From Camelus dromedarius (Eukaryota): DNA of 64,000 nt. The position numbers and the translations under genes were made by a program. The stretch covers positions 47,928,001 through 47,992,000 of the forward strand of contig NC_087447.1 of assembly GCF_036321535.1 (NCBI RefSeq), in the 5' to 3' direction. The notes beneath the pieces are model-generated. The model did no database searches and was not told the origin of the DNA. It worked only from the letters and a program-made list of their open reading frames with translations. Shown here piece by piece: positions 31,780-44,016 of the stretch (position 1 is the first letter of the stretch; every line of letters starts with the position of its first letter).

Positions 31780-32600
31780 GCGGGAGAGATGGCGACACAG
31801 AACAGCGCGGCCTGGAGTGAGAGCGCGAGCCCAAAGGCAGCCTCAAGGGGCAGGGGGCGGGGGGGGCGCGAGCCCGGGCCCTGACGTCGGGGGCGGGGCC
31901 GGCGGCCGTGACGCGCGGGGCGGGGCTGCGCGCCTTCCCTGCCCAGGCGGCGATTCATTCAAAAGGCGCGCAGCTTGCGCGGCTTCCCGTGCGCTCGACG
32001 AGCCGGGCCCGGGCGCCGGGTTGACCTGGGAGCTGGGCTGCTGGAGCTGCCGCCGGGCGCCCAGGTAAGGAGGGTGCGCGGAGCCCCAGCCGGGAGTCCG
32101 CTTTCCGCTGCCGGGGCCAGAGGGATGCGGACCCGAGTGGCGCCCTCTGCCTCCCCGCGTCTCTGAGGAAGTTCAGCGGCGCAGCGGATGCCGCAGCCCC
32201 GACCCGCGCCCCACAGCCCCCGCCCTGTCCTGTCCCGGCGTCTTCCGAGCACGGTCCCCCCGCCCAGCTCTGAGCCCCCTGCGCCGGAACTTGCACGTCC
32301 TCCGGCCGCGACTGCAGGCCCGGCCGTGCACTGTGGGGAAGCCCCAGCGGAACTTGCAGTTTGAGTAGCCAAAGGGCCGCGGAGACGCCCCCAGCCCCAG
32401 AAACTTGGACCAAGACCAGGACGGGTGCGGGACGGGACGGTGGCGCTTCGGTGCGGCTGCGGCTCGGGGCTGCCGGAGAGGGTGGCTGAACGGTGTCAGT
32501 CCGTGACTGTGGGTGACATGGTGCGTGAGGCGGCCCAGTCCGGGCGAACGTGTGGCCGGGACACTGGGCGGTGACGCCGGGCCGGGCGGGAGACACAGAG
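31780..32600 (+). promoter_or_regulatory. RELT: RELT CpG-island promoter
   Basis: CpG-dense; GC boxes GGGGCGGGGC at 31890-31899 and 31917-31926; CRE-like TGACGTC at 31882-31888 and TGACG at 31909-31913. Confidence 0.85.
31960..32064 (+). other. RELT: RELT non-coding exon 1 (TSS approximate)
   Basis: Strong donor CCAG|GTAAGG at 32064/32065 inside the CpG island; the next RELT exon has an acceptor at 43946/43947, 25 nt before the ATG. Confidence 0.7.
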
Positions 32601-35600
32601 GGGCTCTGTGTGTCTGTGACAAGGCGGAGTGTGTGCGTGTGGTTGTGTGAGAGAGAGACCCCAGGTCACTGCGGTGACTGTGACCCCAGCCAGCTGTGAG
32701 TGAGATCCCAGGTCACTGGGGTCACAGAGTGTGTGGCTTGGGGTATGACCAGGGCAGGGCCAGGGCCCTCGTTAACGTGAGTGAGTGTGGAGTGGAGAGA
32801 GGAGCCCCAAGTGACCGACAATCGGTCCCCAAACACTGGGGCCATAGTGTGCTGTACAAGTAGTGCAGTGTGTGTATCCGCACCTCAGGGAAGTGAGTAA
32901 GAGGAGGAAAGAGAAGGGACCTCAAACACCTACTAGCAGATGAGGGGCTGGAAGGAGGAGGGCCAGGGAGGTGACAAGGGTCTCTCCAGGACTGTCCCCA
33001 AGGGGGCGCCCCTCAGGAGCTCAGTTCAATAAGGGGGAGTGGGTCCTGAGTGACTTGCCTTGGTAGAGGGAGAGAGGGCCAACGCTGGGCAGCATTTGGT
33101 GGGGTGACACATCTGGTAGTTGCTGAGAGGCCCTGAGGTAGCCTCAGGCTCCACCTCTGTCTGTCCCCCTCTCTATTCCCCCCACCACACACACACACAC
33201 ACAAGGTCTGTGAGACCTGGCTCACAGAGGGCTCTGCCCTCTGGTAACCAGTATTCTCACTGGGCCAGGGCAGTCTTGCTTTCAGATCTTGCCCTCCCTG
33301 GGCCTCAGTCTCTCCCTGTCCGCACAATGAGATATTAAGCTGAGAACAGCCTGTGAATCATCACTTTGGGATCCTCTATTGTTTTTGGGTCAAATGCCTC
33401 TGTTCTCCCCTACCTCCCTTCAGGCAGACAGACTGCAGTGGAGGGTAGGAGCAGGCTGTCTGATGGAGACAAAGTGGCCCAGGGGCTGCACCCAGGTGCT
33501 GGTAACGGGGTTGGAAGCATAGCTCCTTGGACCAAGCCCAAAGCTGTGATCCATAGACTTTGCTTCTCTGGTCCCCATCTCCTTTCTTCAGTATCCTTTG
33601 TGGGGGGAGAGGGGACATGGACTTGTGCCCCATAAGTGGTCTCTGATTTGGAGAGCTGGAGCAGAGCCCCTTCACCATCTGGGCTAGACCCTTCTGAGGC
33701 TCCCACCCCTAGGAGGGTCTTCCAGGTTTATGCAAGGTGAAGTGGAAATCAGGCTCCCTAGCCCCAAATGGGTAAGGGGGCACCTGCTGAAGGATCCAAA
33801 AGTTCTCTTCTCTGCTGTTCTCTGAAAATGTTGATTGCATTCTTGGATCCGGTGTGAGGGGCGGGGAGCACCGGGTGCTGTGCTTAATACTTAATGGCGG
33901 GCTCTTGTTGAATACTCACAGTGGTTCTGAGTTGTGGTAATTGTTTTTTAGAGAAGGAAACAGGTTCTGAGAAGCAAAGTGATTTGCCCAAGGTCATGCA
34001 GAGTCAGGACAGTACCAGGACTGGAATTCAGGTCTCCTGCCCCTGAAGCCCTGTGAGATGCTTGGAGAGGGTCCCTCACCTTCCTAATATCTGCTCTTGG
34101 CTTATCTGGACTTTGTTCTCTCAAACCCAAGGTGGCAAGCATGGGCTTGGCAGGGTGTGTTGTTGTGAGTTCTGAGTGTGGTGTTTATTTGCACACAAGT
34201 CTGAAACATTGGGGTGGGTGGGTTACATGGTCTTCCTGTTCCTCCTCTTCCTCCCTACCCTAAGCTTGCAGCACCTCCCCCACCCCAGCAAGAGGTCACC
34301 AGAAAGGCTTGTCTCCTGCCTTCTAGAGCCTGTTACTGACTTTGGGAGCATCCATGTAGCTCCAAAGAGTGTCCGGAGTCAGCAGCACCACCTGGGCTCA
34401 ACAGTGGTAAGGATGATTTAAAGTCCCAGTCGACCGTCACCATACCTGAGAGGCCCTACGCCCCTATTCAGAGTTGTTCTAGGGGAACTTTCCCGAATCC
34501 ACCCACACGCTGCTTGGCCGAGAGCTGGAGCTGGGGATCAGGGTGTCTCTTGGTCCTCTCTGGAATGACTGGAGCTGTACTTGGGGCTAATCAGAATAGC
34601 TGTCTTGGTCTCCTGGGGCTGAGCCTGAGTTATTTCCATCCCCAGCAGAGAGGTGGAAATAGCTCAGGGCCGAGGAAGGGCAGGGAGTGGGGAAGGTTTA
34701 ATCAAGGGTTAACCTCTTCTGATCCCAGCCCTACCCTGTGCTCTGCCCAAACCAAACCTTTCTGGGAACTTGGTTTCCCTGGATGACAAGGACGATGGCA
34801 GCGGGGCCAGGCTGGGTTTCCAGTGTGGCTCCAGTTGGGACTGGTGCGGTGCTGGAAGGAGGTGCCTGTGTCTAGCCAAGGAAGGGGGACTATCAGCCCC
34901 TTGCCCCTGCTCATAGGGTCAGCCTCATGTTACAGAGGGAGAGACTGAGGTTCTGAGAAGTGCTGGGACTTAGCCCAGGACCCCCCAGAACCCTGACATT
35001 CTGGCCCTCACCCTCCAGACAGGGGACCCACCTTTTTTCTTACCACATGTTCCCCAGCAGGCAGCACATGGCCCAGGCCTGGAAGCAGGCCCAAGACATG
35101 CCTTCACAGTCAGGGCGCCCTCTTATGTTCCAGCTCTGGCCTTGCTGTCCTTGCCCCGACTCTTCTACTGGCCTATCTGCCTCCCTTTCCAGTTCCTCCA
35201 CACCCTGCCAGGGCAGCCTCCCTAAAGTTACTTAGACTTTTTTCTTACAAAATGTAGATTCAGTCTCCTCATCCTGGTTTTCCTTCCAGGACCCTTTTGA
35301 ACTTTATACCTTCACCCTCATCTCTCCCTACCAGATGCCTTGGTTCTACTCTGCCTTTGCTTTTGCTATCTCCTCTTTCTAGAACCCTCCTGGTCATTCA
35401 GGGTAAACTCCCCCCATCCCCACCCACTCCTCCACCTGGGAAGCCCTCCTGCCCAGTGTTAGTCCCTCTTCATTGTGTGGTCCACCTGCCACGTGTCCCC
35501 CCTCACCTCTAGGAATAGGTGCAGGGGTGAGGCCCTCATGGGTACTGCACAACCGGCTGGATGGGGTTGGCCTGGCCGGCAGCCTGCCCTCTGCTGAGGC

Positions 35601-38600
35601 CGTATCTCTGCTGGCCAGGCCTCCTCCTGAGGAAGGGCAGCCACTGTAGGCTGAGGGCCTACTGTGTGCTGGGATGCACAGGGAGGTTTGTACCCAGGGT
35701 CTCTGATTTTCCCATGTGTGTGCTGGGGGTTAAGGGCAAATACTCAAGGCCACTCCTGTGTGTTGGGGTGAGCTTGGTGCTTGCCATGGGCACTTCTCAG
35801 GCACAGCCCTCATTCTGGGCCAGCAGAGGAAGCTCCTTACTTCAGGCCCTGTGGTGTGTCAGGCCGTGGGCACAGGGTTCCTTGCAGCTGGACTTACAGG
35901 GGATCCCCTTTCTTTCCAAATGCTCAATGGGGAGCCAAGACTCAGAGGGCAGAGGGGTCCAGCCCTAGTTTGAGTCACACAGTCGCTGGTGCTAGAGCCT
36001 GGCATTCAAGCTCTCACCCAACCCCCAGCCCTATCTCCAGGCAGAGGTGAGGGTTGTCTGACAATTCTGGCATCAGATTCCAAACAAAGACCAGGCTGGC
36101 TACCTACAGGGGGATGAGGAAGCTTTGGTGGGGCTGTTCAGCACCTGGCCTGGGCTGGGTTTGGGGACCAGCCCTTCAGGTGAGCAGGAGGGGTGGACCA
36201 GAGAGGGAAGGGTTTTGCCTGAGCTCAGCCAGCAGGGCACCCCCAACTCAGGATTGAGGGTGCTGGGACATGGTCTCTGGCAGTGCTGGGGCTGGGGTGG
36301 CAGGGAAGACAGGAGGAGCCAATGCTGCGTCCCTACTGTATGCCCAGCCCTGGATAGCACCCTGAGGCCCTCTCATCCTCAGACTCATGTCAGTGCAGTC
36401 AGCAGCCCCGTCCAGGTACAGGCAGGGAAAAGAGGACCCAGAGAGGGGAAGGGACTTGCAAGACTCCCGTGTCACTGGGATCCTCACCTAGGTCTATTTG
36501 CTGGGAAGGCCAGAGCTCTTTCCCTGGCCACCCTGGGAAAGATGAGAGCTCTATAAATAAACTCCCCATGTGGCTGTGAGTGTGTGCCCTGGCTACTTGG
36601 CAGAGATGGAGAGGGATGGAGGGACCTTTATAGCCAATTAGAGGCAGGGTCTTAGTGTGTGATTGGAGAGAGAGAAGGAAGGAGGGCTTCTGGAAGGAGG
36701 GACTTAACTTGGACCTGGGCCCTCTTCACGGTGAGCATGGGGAGGGCGCTGTGTACCCACCTCCTGCTTGCACTTCCCTCCCTCCCTGAGGGGGACCACA
36801 AATAATGATGGCTGAAGAGGCCAGGAGAGGGGTGGGTCCACCCTGACAAGGAGGCTGGGAAGGCTTCCTGCAGGAGGTGGCACCTGGGCTGAGGCCTGAT
36901 TGTAAGAAGAGCCACTGTTCCCCAATGAACAATGGATCCTTCAGCAATGCCAGGGGGTCAGCTGGACAGGCACAATTGTCCCAAATTACAGAGGAGGAGA
37001 CAAGCTCCAGGATGTAGGGCTAGGTCCTAACTGCTCAGCACCCCTCCACCTTCCTTACTGTGACTTCAGTTGGCCTGGGAGCAGGTGGACACAGGCCTGT
37101 GTAAGGGCTGGGAAGTGGGTCCTCTCGGGAGGCCAAGGCTTCTCCATCCGTGATACTGGGACAGACACTGGGTTCTCCCTTGCTTGCTCCCGAGTCACTG
37201 GCTGACCTTGGCTGAATGCTGCTCGGTTCTGAGCTTGAGTTCTGGCCCTTGTGGGCTGTTGAGAACTGGTACTTAGGAGAGGTCTGGCTAGTTCTATTTA
37301 TGGTGCCTTCTCTTACCCCTCAGGACCTTTGTTTGCAGAGAAGGACCCTGAAGCTCAGGGAGTATGAGTAACTTGCTGAAGGTCAAAAGCTTAAATCCAG
37401 GTGTGATTGCTCCGGGGCCCAGCCTCCCCACTCAGGCTGACCTCTGTCCACAAGCTCTGTAGGTTAGGGCCTGACCTGGGATTGCTGGGAGCAAGGGAGT
37501 CTCTTTGCCGAGCACCCAGAGTCTGGAGGAGTTGGAGAACAGGGCAGGCTGGGCCTGTGGTCTCCCCTCAGTCTCTCGAAGCCTCGCCCAAATTGGCCTG
37601 GTCAGGGTGATGGGGCAGGGCCTGTGCTGAGCAGACTCTGGGCTGCCCTGGCACAGTAGCGGTTGGTACCAGATGCACGGCTGGGGCAGGAGGCAAAGGT
37701 GGCTTCTCAGAGGAGAAGGTGGCAGTGGCACGAGTAGGGGTGGGGAGTTGGGTGTCCTGCAGCCCTCCTAGGCCCCTTGCTGTCCTGTCTCAGGGCCTGG
37801 GAACTGGCCCAGCCTCCCTGCAGGAAGCCCCTGGTTTTGAGCCCTTGGGTGCTAGGCTGGAGTAGGGTGTGCAGGAGCAGTGGGAATGCCAGGCTTTGGG
37901 TGGCGAGGGCAGGGGCTGCCAGCTGCCTGTCCCCAGTCCTAATGGTATAAACCTTGTCTCGTTTGAGACCAGGTTGTTACAGGGTCTACTCACCCTCTCT
38001 GAGCCTCAGTTTCCTTATTTGTGAGGCCTGGAACCCTGTCTTTGAGGCCAGGAAAGGGAATGGGCATGTGGTAGGTGCTTAGGCGGGGTGGGTGTTGGGA
38101 AGCCCCAGCTCTGCCTCAGAGAACTGTCTGGTTTAGGCCCCTGCCCCGCCTCCCAGTCCCAGGCTCAGCCCAGGGAGGGGGCAGGGATTTTATCTTTACC
38201 CAGACTGGGAGGGGCTGGGTGGGCCCAGTCTGGCCACCTCAGCCCTTTTCTCAGCCTCAAGGGCCAATTAGCCCCCTCAGCCCCACCTGCCTACGTCTTG
38301 CCCCTGAGCCTCCTGAACGCTGCCCTGGGTGCAGCTGCTGCCTGGTGTGCCTGGTGCGGGATTAGGGGTCTGCATTGCCTGGAATCCTCACCCCATGGCT
38401 GTGACCTGGGAGATCCTGGCAGCCTGAGGGAATGGGTGCACCCTTCTTCCTGAGTGGCCTTGAGGCAGCCTCTGCACACCTCTGGGCCCCCAGCCCGTCA
38501 GCAGCCCTAGGGAGCTGGGCTCCACCCTGGGATCTTCCTCTTCCTCCTCCTGGGAATTCCCAGCCTTCCCTGGGCTTCCTGCTTCTCACAGGTCCCAGTG

Positions 38601-41600
38601 CCTTTCCCCTCGGAGCTGGCATAGATGAGGGCAGCATGCAAATGTGTATGGATGCAGGGAAATTTCAGAGGCCCCAGAGACCCCCATGGGGACAGCACCT
38701 CCTTCCCTGGGGCCCACCTGGGTGCTTTGTGATAGTCTCTCAGTTGAACGCCTCCTGGGTGCCACTAGCTCCCTAGCCTCTGCTGTCAGGTTGCAAACAC
38801 TTAGAACATCTGCTATATGCCAGGCCCAGGGCCAGGCTCCAGGGTAGGAGGGGCTAGGAGTGAGGTGGGAAGCATTCAGATAGACCTGGGCTGTTCAAAT
38901 AGACCCTGCTTCACTTACTGGCTTTGTGACCCATACAGGTGACCTCTCATAGCCTCAGTTTACCCAGGTGTGAAACAGGGATGCTCACCTCTCCTATGAG
39001 GAGTGGAGGCAACCCACGATGAGGGCCTGGCCCAAGGGAATGAAGGTCAGGTCCCTTCCCTGTGAGGATGGAGGATGAAAAGGATGCAATGCCTAGCAGT
39101 CTTCACTGCCACCCAATGTGGGCACTGCCCTACTTCAGCCCCAGTTGCCAGGAAACCACTGGGTTCCTCGCTAACCTGGATTTCTCTATTGATGGGCAGC
39201 CTTTGTCTTCCTGCCTCAGGTGCGGCCACTGCTGAGGGGGGCCCATGTCCAGCTGTTTCCCGGCAACCCTAGACTCTGGAGGTTGCAGGGAGGGCCACAG
39301 GCCATAGAGCCACGGACTGGGAAACGGAAGTGCCTGCCTCCCAACCCCTGCTCCAGGTGGGTACCTGCCTCCCACCTCTGTCGCCCCAGTCCTGCCTCAC
39401 TTGGCAGCAGCCCAGTGAGCCCTCTGAGGCACAGGTTGTTCATCCCTCTCCCTCCCCTGCTAACCCTTCAAGGCTCCTGTAGGCCCTCAGGGAAATGCAG
39501 GCTTCTCAGCTTGCAACCTAGTCTTGGTGTGACTTGGGCTCTGCCCAGTAGCCTTTCCAGACCCCTCTCCCTTCACCCTCCCACCCCCCAGATTGTCACT
39601 GTGGCTTGTCGGGCACCTACTGTGTAACAGGTCCTGTGCCAAGCAAGCGTACATAAATGTAAGAGAATCTCATTCATACTTCACACCTCCCATCAAGTGT
39701 GTGCCATTGTCCCTTCCACAATTTACACATGGGGAAACTGAGGCCCAGTGAATGCTTATTGAGGGCTTGCTCTGTGCCAGGCCCTGTGCTGAGTATTTAA
39801 TGTGAATTCTCTCATCTTGTCCTCACAACAGCCCTCTGAGGGGCAGGAGGTTGGGGGTGGGGTCCACAGCAACAAAGCCAGTGAAGAGCAGAGCAAGGAA
39901 GGCTGGTTCTCCCCAAGTTAGCCCAGGGTTTCAATCCCCCCTCCGCAACCCCAACCTCTGGGCTCCTTAACTATCAGCCTGCTCTCTGGCCCTCTCCTGA
40001 TCAATTTTTCTGATCCCCTTGGTTCAGCACATACGTACTCAAGTGCTGGGTCCTGGATACGAGGGGCAGCACCCCTGTCAGTGGGGAAGGGGCTGGGTAA
40101 ACAGGATGGTCACACCCAGGGCAGTTAATGTACAAATGAGGTGGTGGTTGGGGGCTTCCAGGAGGAAGTGACTTTGAGCTAAGCTTTGAAGGAAGGGTAG
40201 ATGTTGGTCAGGTGATGGGAGGGGTTTCTGGGCAGAGAAAACAGCAGGTACCAGTGCCGTCTGAGGAGGCAAGTGTGGGGGCTGAAAGAAGCTCAAGAGT
40301 GGCTGGAGGTGGAAGGGGGGCAGGAGCCAGATTTCAGTATTGAGACACCTAGGCTGCAGGCTGCAGACACCTGGCTGACCTGGAGGCCAGGGCGTGGGGT
40401 GGAGGGTGGGCATGGGGCCATGGGAGAGAGACTGTTGGGATTTGGGAAGCTTCAGTGGCCACCATGGAGGCTGGAAAGTGAGTGCCTGGAGGTGGGGCCC
40501 CAGGCTGGGGCCGGGTTACCCCACGAGCTTCAGTTCTGGGAAAGGGGAAGCTGCCGAGGCCTGAGGAGGCCTGGGCGGTGACATAGCTTCCTCTTTCTCT
40601 GAGCCTCCAGAGCTGCACCTCCCTGGGGCTCCTGCCACCTCTGGCTTGGGGCCCTTGTCTCAGCTTTGCTAGTTGGCTTTCTTCCAGGGAATTTCTGGTT
40701 CTAATTGTTTGGGCATTTTTTGGAGGGTAGGGGTGGGCTGAGTGTGAGGAAGGCCCACCCCCACCAAGCCCCCACAAGCCTGTTTCGGGGAGGTCTCCTG
40801 CTCCAGACATCAGCCGAGGGAGGGTTTTGTGGTAAATGAGACAGACTTCCCTGCCCTTGCTGCTGTCTGGTGGGGGGCCAGCAGTCAACAAGTAAGCAAA
40901 CAAATCATTACAAACCTGGGCAGGAGGTGCAGGGGAAAAGAAGGGGTGACGTGGAGGAAATCACATGACCTATGTCAGGCTCATTACCTTAGTTAAACTT
41001 CGTGACAGCCTCACTCTGGGAGATAAACATCCCTATCTTGCACACGAGGAAACTGAGACCGAGTGAGGTGAAGCAGGAGCTTGGGTTCCCCAGGGAGTTG
41101 GTGGCAATGGGGACAGGCCCCAGGCTAGGAGATTTCAGGGCAGAGTGGCCTCTAAGCTAACTTCCGTCTCTGCCCCTGGGGCTCTGGGGATGGTTCTCCT
41201 CTGCCAGGACTACTCCCACCGTGGGCTGAGGACGTACCCTTCTCCGGGCCTTGGTCTGGCCATTTTTGATAGCCCTCCCCCAGGAAGTCCTCAGGAGGTG
41301 CTGGACTTCAGAAGGTCACTGACTGCCCTGCCTACAAGAAGGCAGGGGTGTGGGGGTGGAGCCTTCACAGACCCCTACCCAGCCAAGGGGCTTGATCTGA
41401 ACTTGCTTTTCAGTCAAGGTTCCAGGGCTCGGGGCATAGATGATGCTGAAGGCCTGATGGGGGGAGGGTGCAGAGTGGGTGTTAGAGCAGCATGCGTCCA
41501 TGTGCTTACAGAGGGGTTCTGGGCGGTGGCCAGCAGTTGCCTGACCTGGCAGGTCCACTGGGGGCTCTGTCTGCCTGAGTGTGGGGGCCGGGGGCACTGC

Positions 41601-42875
41601 TGTAAGCAGAGACTCAGGCAGCCAGACTGGTGTAAGTGCTGGTTTGGGTTAATTAGAAGGTAGGTAATTAGAAGGCGTCAGGGCGCTAGGTGGCGAGTGT
41701 CTGTGAATGTGCCTGAGTGGGCCCTTGCTGTCTTTGAGTCTGGGCCTTTGGACTCCGTTTTCCTCCTGGAAGTCTTGAGATCCTAGCTCCCTGTTTGTTT
41801 AGAGGTGAGGAGCTGCACAGCCCCTCCCTGGTCCCCCAGCAGGTGCCAGTCACGGCCAGGCGTGGGACTGGGGCCCTCTCCTCGGTGGCTGTTGTGCCTC
41901 TTACTTGCCACCCCTGCCCCAGCTCTCTGGGCCCACCCTGGGGACATGGAGGGGTGCAGGGTCTGGGGACTGGGTGGTGGGGTGGCCAGACTGAGGCCTT
42001 GGGGCTTATGGTCAAATCTGTGGGTTAGGTCCCTGAGGAACAAAGGAGAGGGCCATGGAGGTGGGGAGCTTGAGTGGGAGCTGGGCCTGGGCAGGGAGAA
42101 GGGACACTTGTGACCGAGGTGGAGGAAGGACCTGTGGAGGATGAGTTAGGGGCTGCCACCTGTTCGGTGCTGACTGCAGGGTACCACCTTCACTTTACGC
42201 TGTGGCTGGACCTTCTGTCCCGGGTTTTCCCATGAGCTGGTCTTGGGCCAAGAGCCATTGCCAGTGACCTGGAGAGTCCCGAGGATGGTGTGACCGCTGC
42301 CCCTCCCCCTCCCCTGTGGTGTAACTCAAACCCCTGGCCGGCAGAGGTCTGTGCCAGGCCAGGCCACCCAGTGCAGGTGGATCAGTTTCCTCCGGCTCCT
42401 TTTCCAGGTGGGAAGTCCAGGCCGCCCGTAGGCTGAGGGGCTCGCATGTGACCTAGGGTTTACTGCAGGCAGCGCTTCTCCTTCCAGGCTTGGCGTCAGG
42501 AGGCTCCAGGCCCAGACAAGTTCCCCTTAACCTGCTGGGCTTGGCTCTTCCTCCCTGCCCTTGGGGGTCAGATGCTGCCTGTGGCCTGTGCCTGCGGCTC
42601 CACAACCACAGCTCCCCTCACCCTCCCGTCTGGAGGCAGGCCTCCTGGGAAGATGTCATGGAACTCCCTTGCTCTGCCACTCTACCTTCTGTTGTCTAAT
42701 CCAAATCTTCCTGCTCTTCCATCCGTGTCTACTGGCTGGAGATTTTTCTCCAGAGGAGGGCACACTCTTGAGCCTGGGGGCTCAGCCTCAGGCCAGTGCC
42801 CATCATACTCTGTGCTCTCAGGTGCCTTATTTTGTTTCTTGGCACTTCCCGCCATCTGGCAGTGGGACATTCACT

Positions 42876-43039
42876 TTTGTTGTTGTTTTTAAGGTTTTAT
42901 TTATTCATTCATTCATTCATTCATTCATTCATTCATTCATTCATTTATGGAGGTGCTGGGGAATGAACCCAGGACCTCATGCATACTAAGTATGCACTCC
43001 ACCACTGAGCTACACCGCTGCCCCCCTCCCCAGCCCCCA
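42876..43039 (-). mobile_element. tRNA-Ala-derived SINE (vic-1-like) with (GAAT)n tail
   Basis: Minus strand GGTGTAGCTCAGTGG...GAGGTCCTGGGTTCATTCCCCAGCACCTCCA; (ATTC)n at ~42903-42943; TSD ATTCACT at 42869-42875 and 43040-43046. Confidence 0.85.
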
Positions 43040-43971
43040 ATTCACTGTTTATCTGTTGGCCATTGGTTTCCCTGGGGATGTGAGCTCCCCCAGGACAGGG
43101 ACAGTATCTGTCTTATTTATATCCTTTTCTGTTTTGAGGGCAGTGCCCGGAACAGTAGCTACCTGAGAGGACAGAGGGCTTGAAGGCTGCCTGCCACAGG
43201 TCTGCCCATGGCTCAAGAGATGTAGACACATCCCAGACCTCTGTGGTGAAGTCTGCTGGGTGTGGACGGTGGGACACGTGGGAAGGCCAGGACTGTGATG
43301 GGGTCGGGAGTTGGGGAGGGGACACACACAGGAGCTTTGAGGGCCAGACCCAGCTTTGGGAAAATGGAGATCTAGAGAAGCTTCCGGAAAGAGAGGTTTT
43401 TGTGTTGGGCTTTGAAGTGTGAGGAAAAGGTCTTGCTTGGAACAGAAACAACAAGAGTGAAGGCAGAGAAGCAAGAGAGGCTGGGCTTGCTCGTGGGCCC
43501 CACAAGGAGGCGTTCTTAGTGGCAGGACCCTGAGTGCTGGAGATGAGAGTGGAGAGTCTGGGCATGGGGGCACTGTCAGCCTTCTTGTTCCTCCCACCCC
43601 TGGGGTGGGAGGGATGAAGCTGTAGGCTTCCTTCCTCCTAGCCGCCCCCGCCCATACTCCAGGGTACCTGGCTGTTTATGAGAGGGGCAGGAAGCCCTTC
43701 CTCCTCTGGGAAGCCTCCCAAGCCTGTGCTGCCCTGGGAGCCTGTGGCCCCAGACAGGGCGCCCCCACTTCTACTCAGGCCTGCAGCGGGGAGCGGTGAG
43801 AGTAGGCCAAGCTGCCCCAGTGCTCTGCCTGCCTAGCAACACCTCGCGACGCCCCCGTCCAGCCCTGTCATGGGGGCAGCCCTGGAAGGACAGCAGCCAC
43901 CTGCCTGTTCCCACCTCCAGCTGAACCTCCCCTCCGTCTGCCCTAGGCTGGCTACCCGCTAGAGCCTGAGG

Positions 43972-44016
43972 ATGAAGCTGAGCCTGCCACACTGGCCCCT
44001 GACCTGCTTCCTTGCG
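43972..44016 (+). CDS. RELT: RELT exon 2 coding part ([15 protein letters not shown])
   Basis: Exon starts 43947 (ccctag|); donor GCG|gtgagt. Confidence 0.93.

Noticed and set aside
31955..32622. Overlapping long ORFs on both strands
   Set aside because: Stop-codon scarcity in the RELT CpG island; Pro/Ala/Arg/Gly-rich nonsense peptides.
32990..43770. Additional weaker CTCF-like matches (~32996, 35113, 41683, 42850, 43757)
   Set aside because: Mismatches in the core; cannot be told from background in GC-rich DNA without a PWM or ChIP data.
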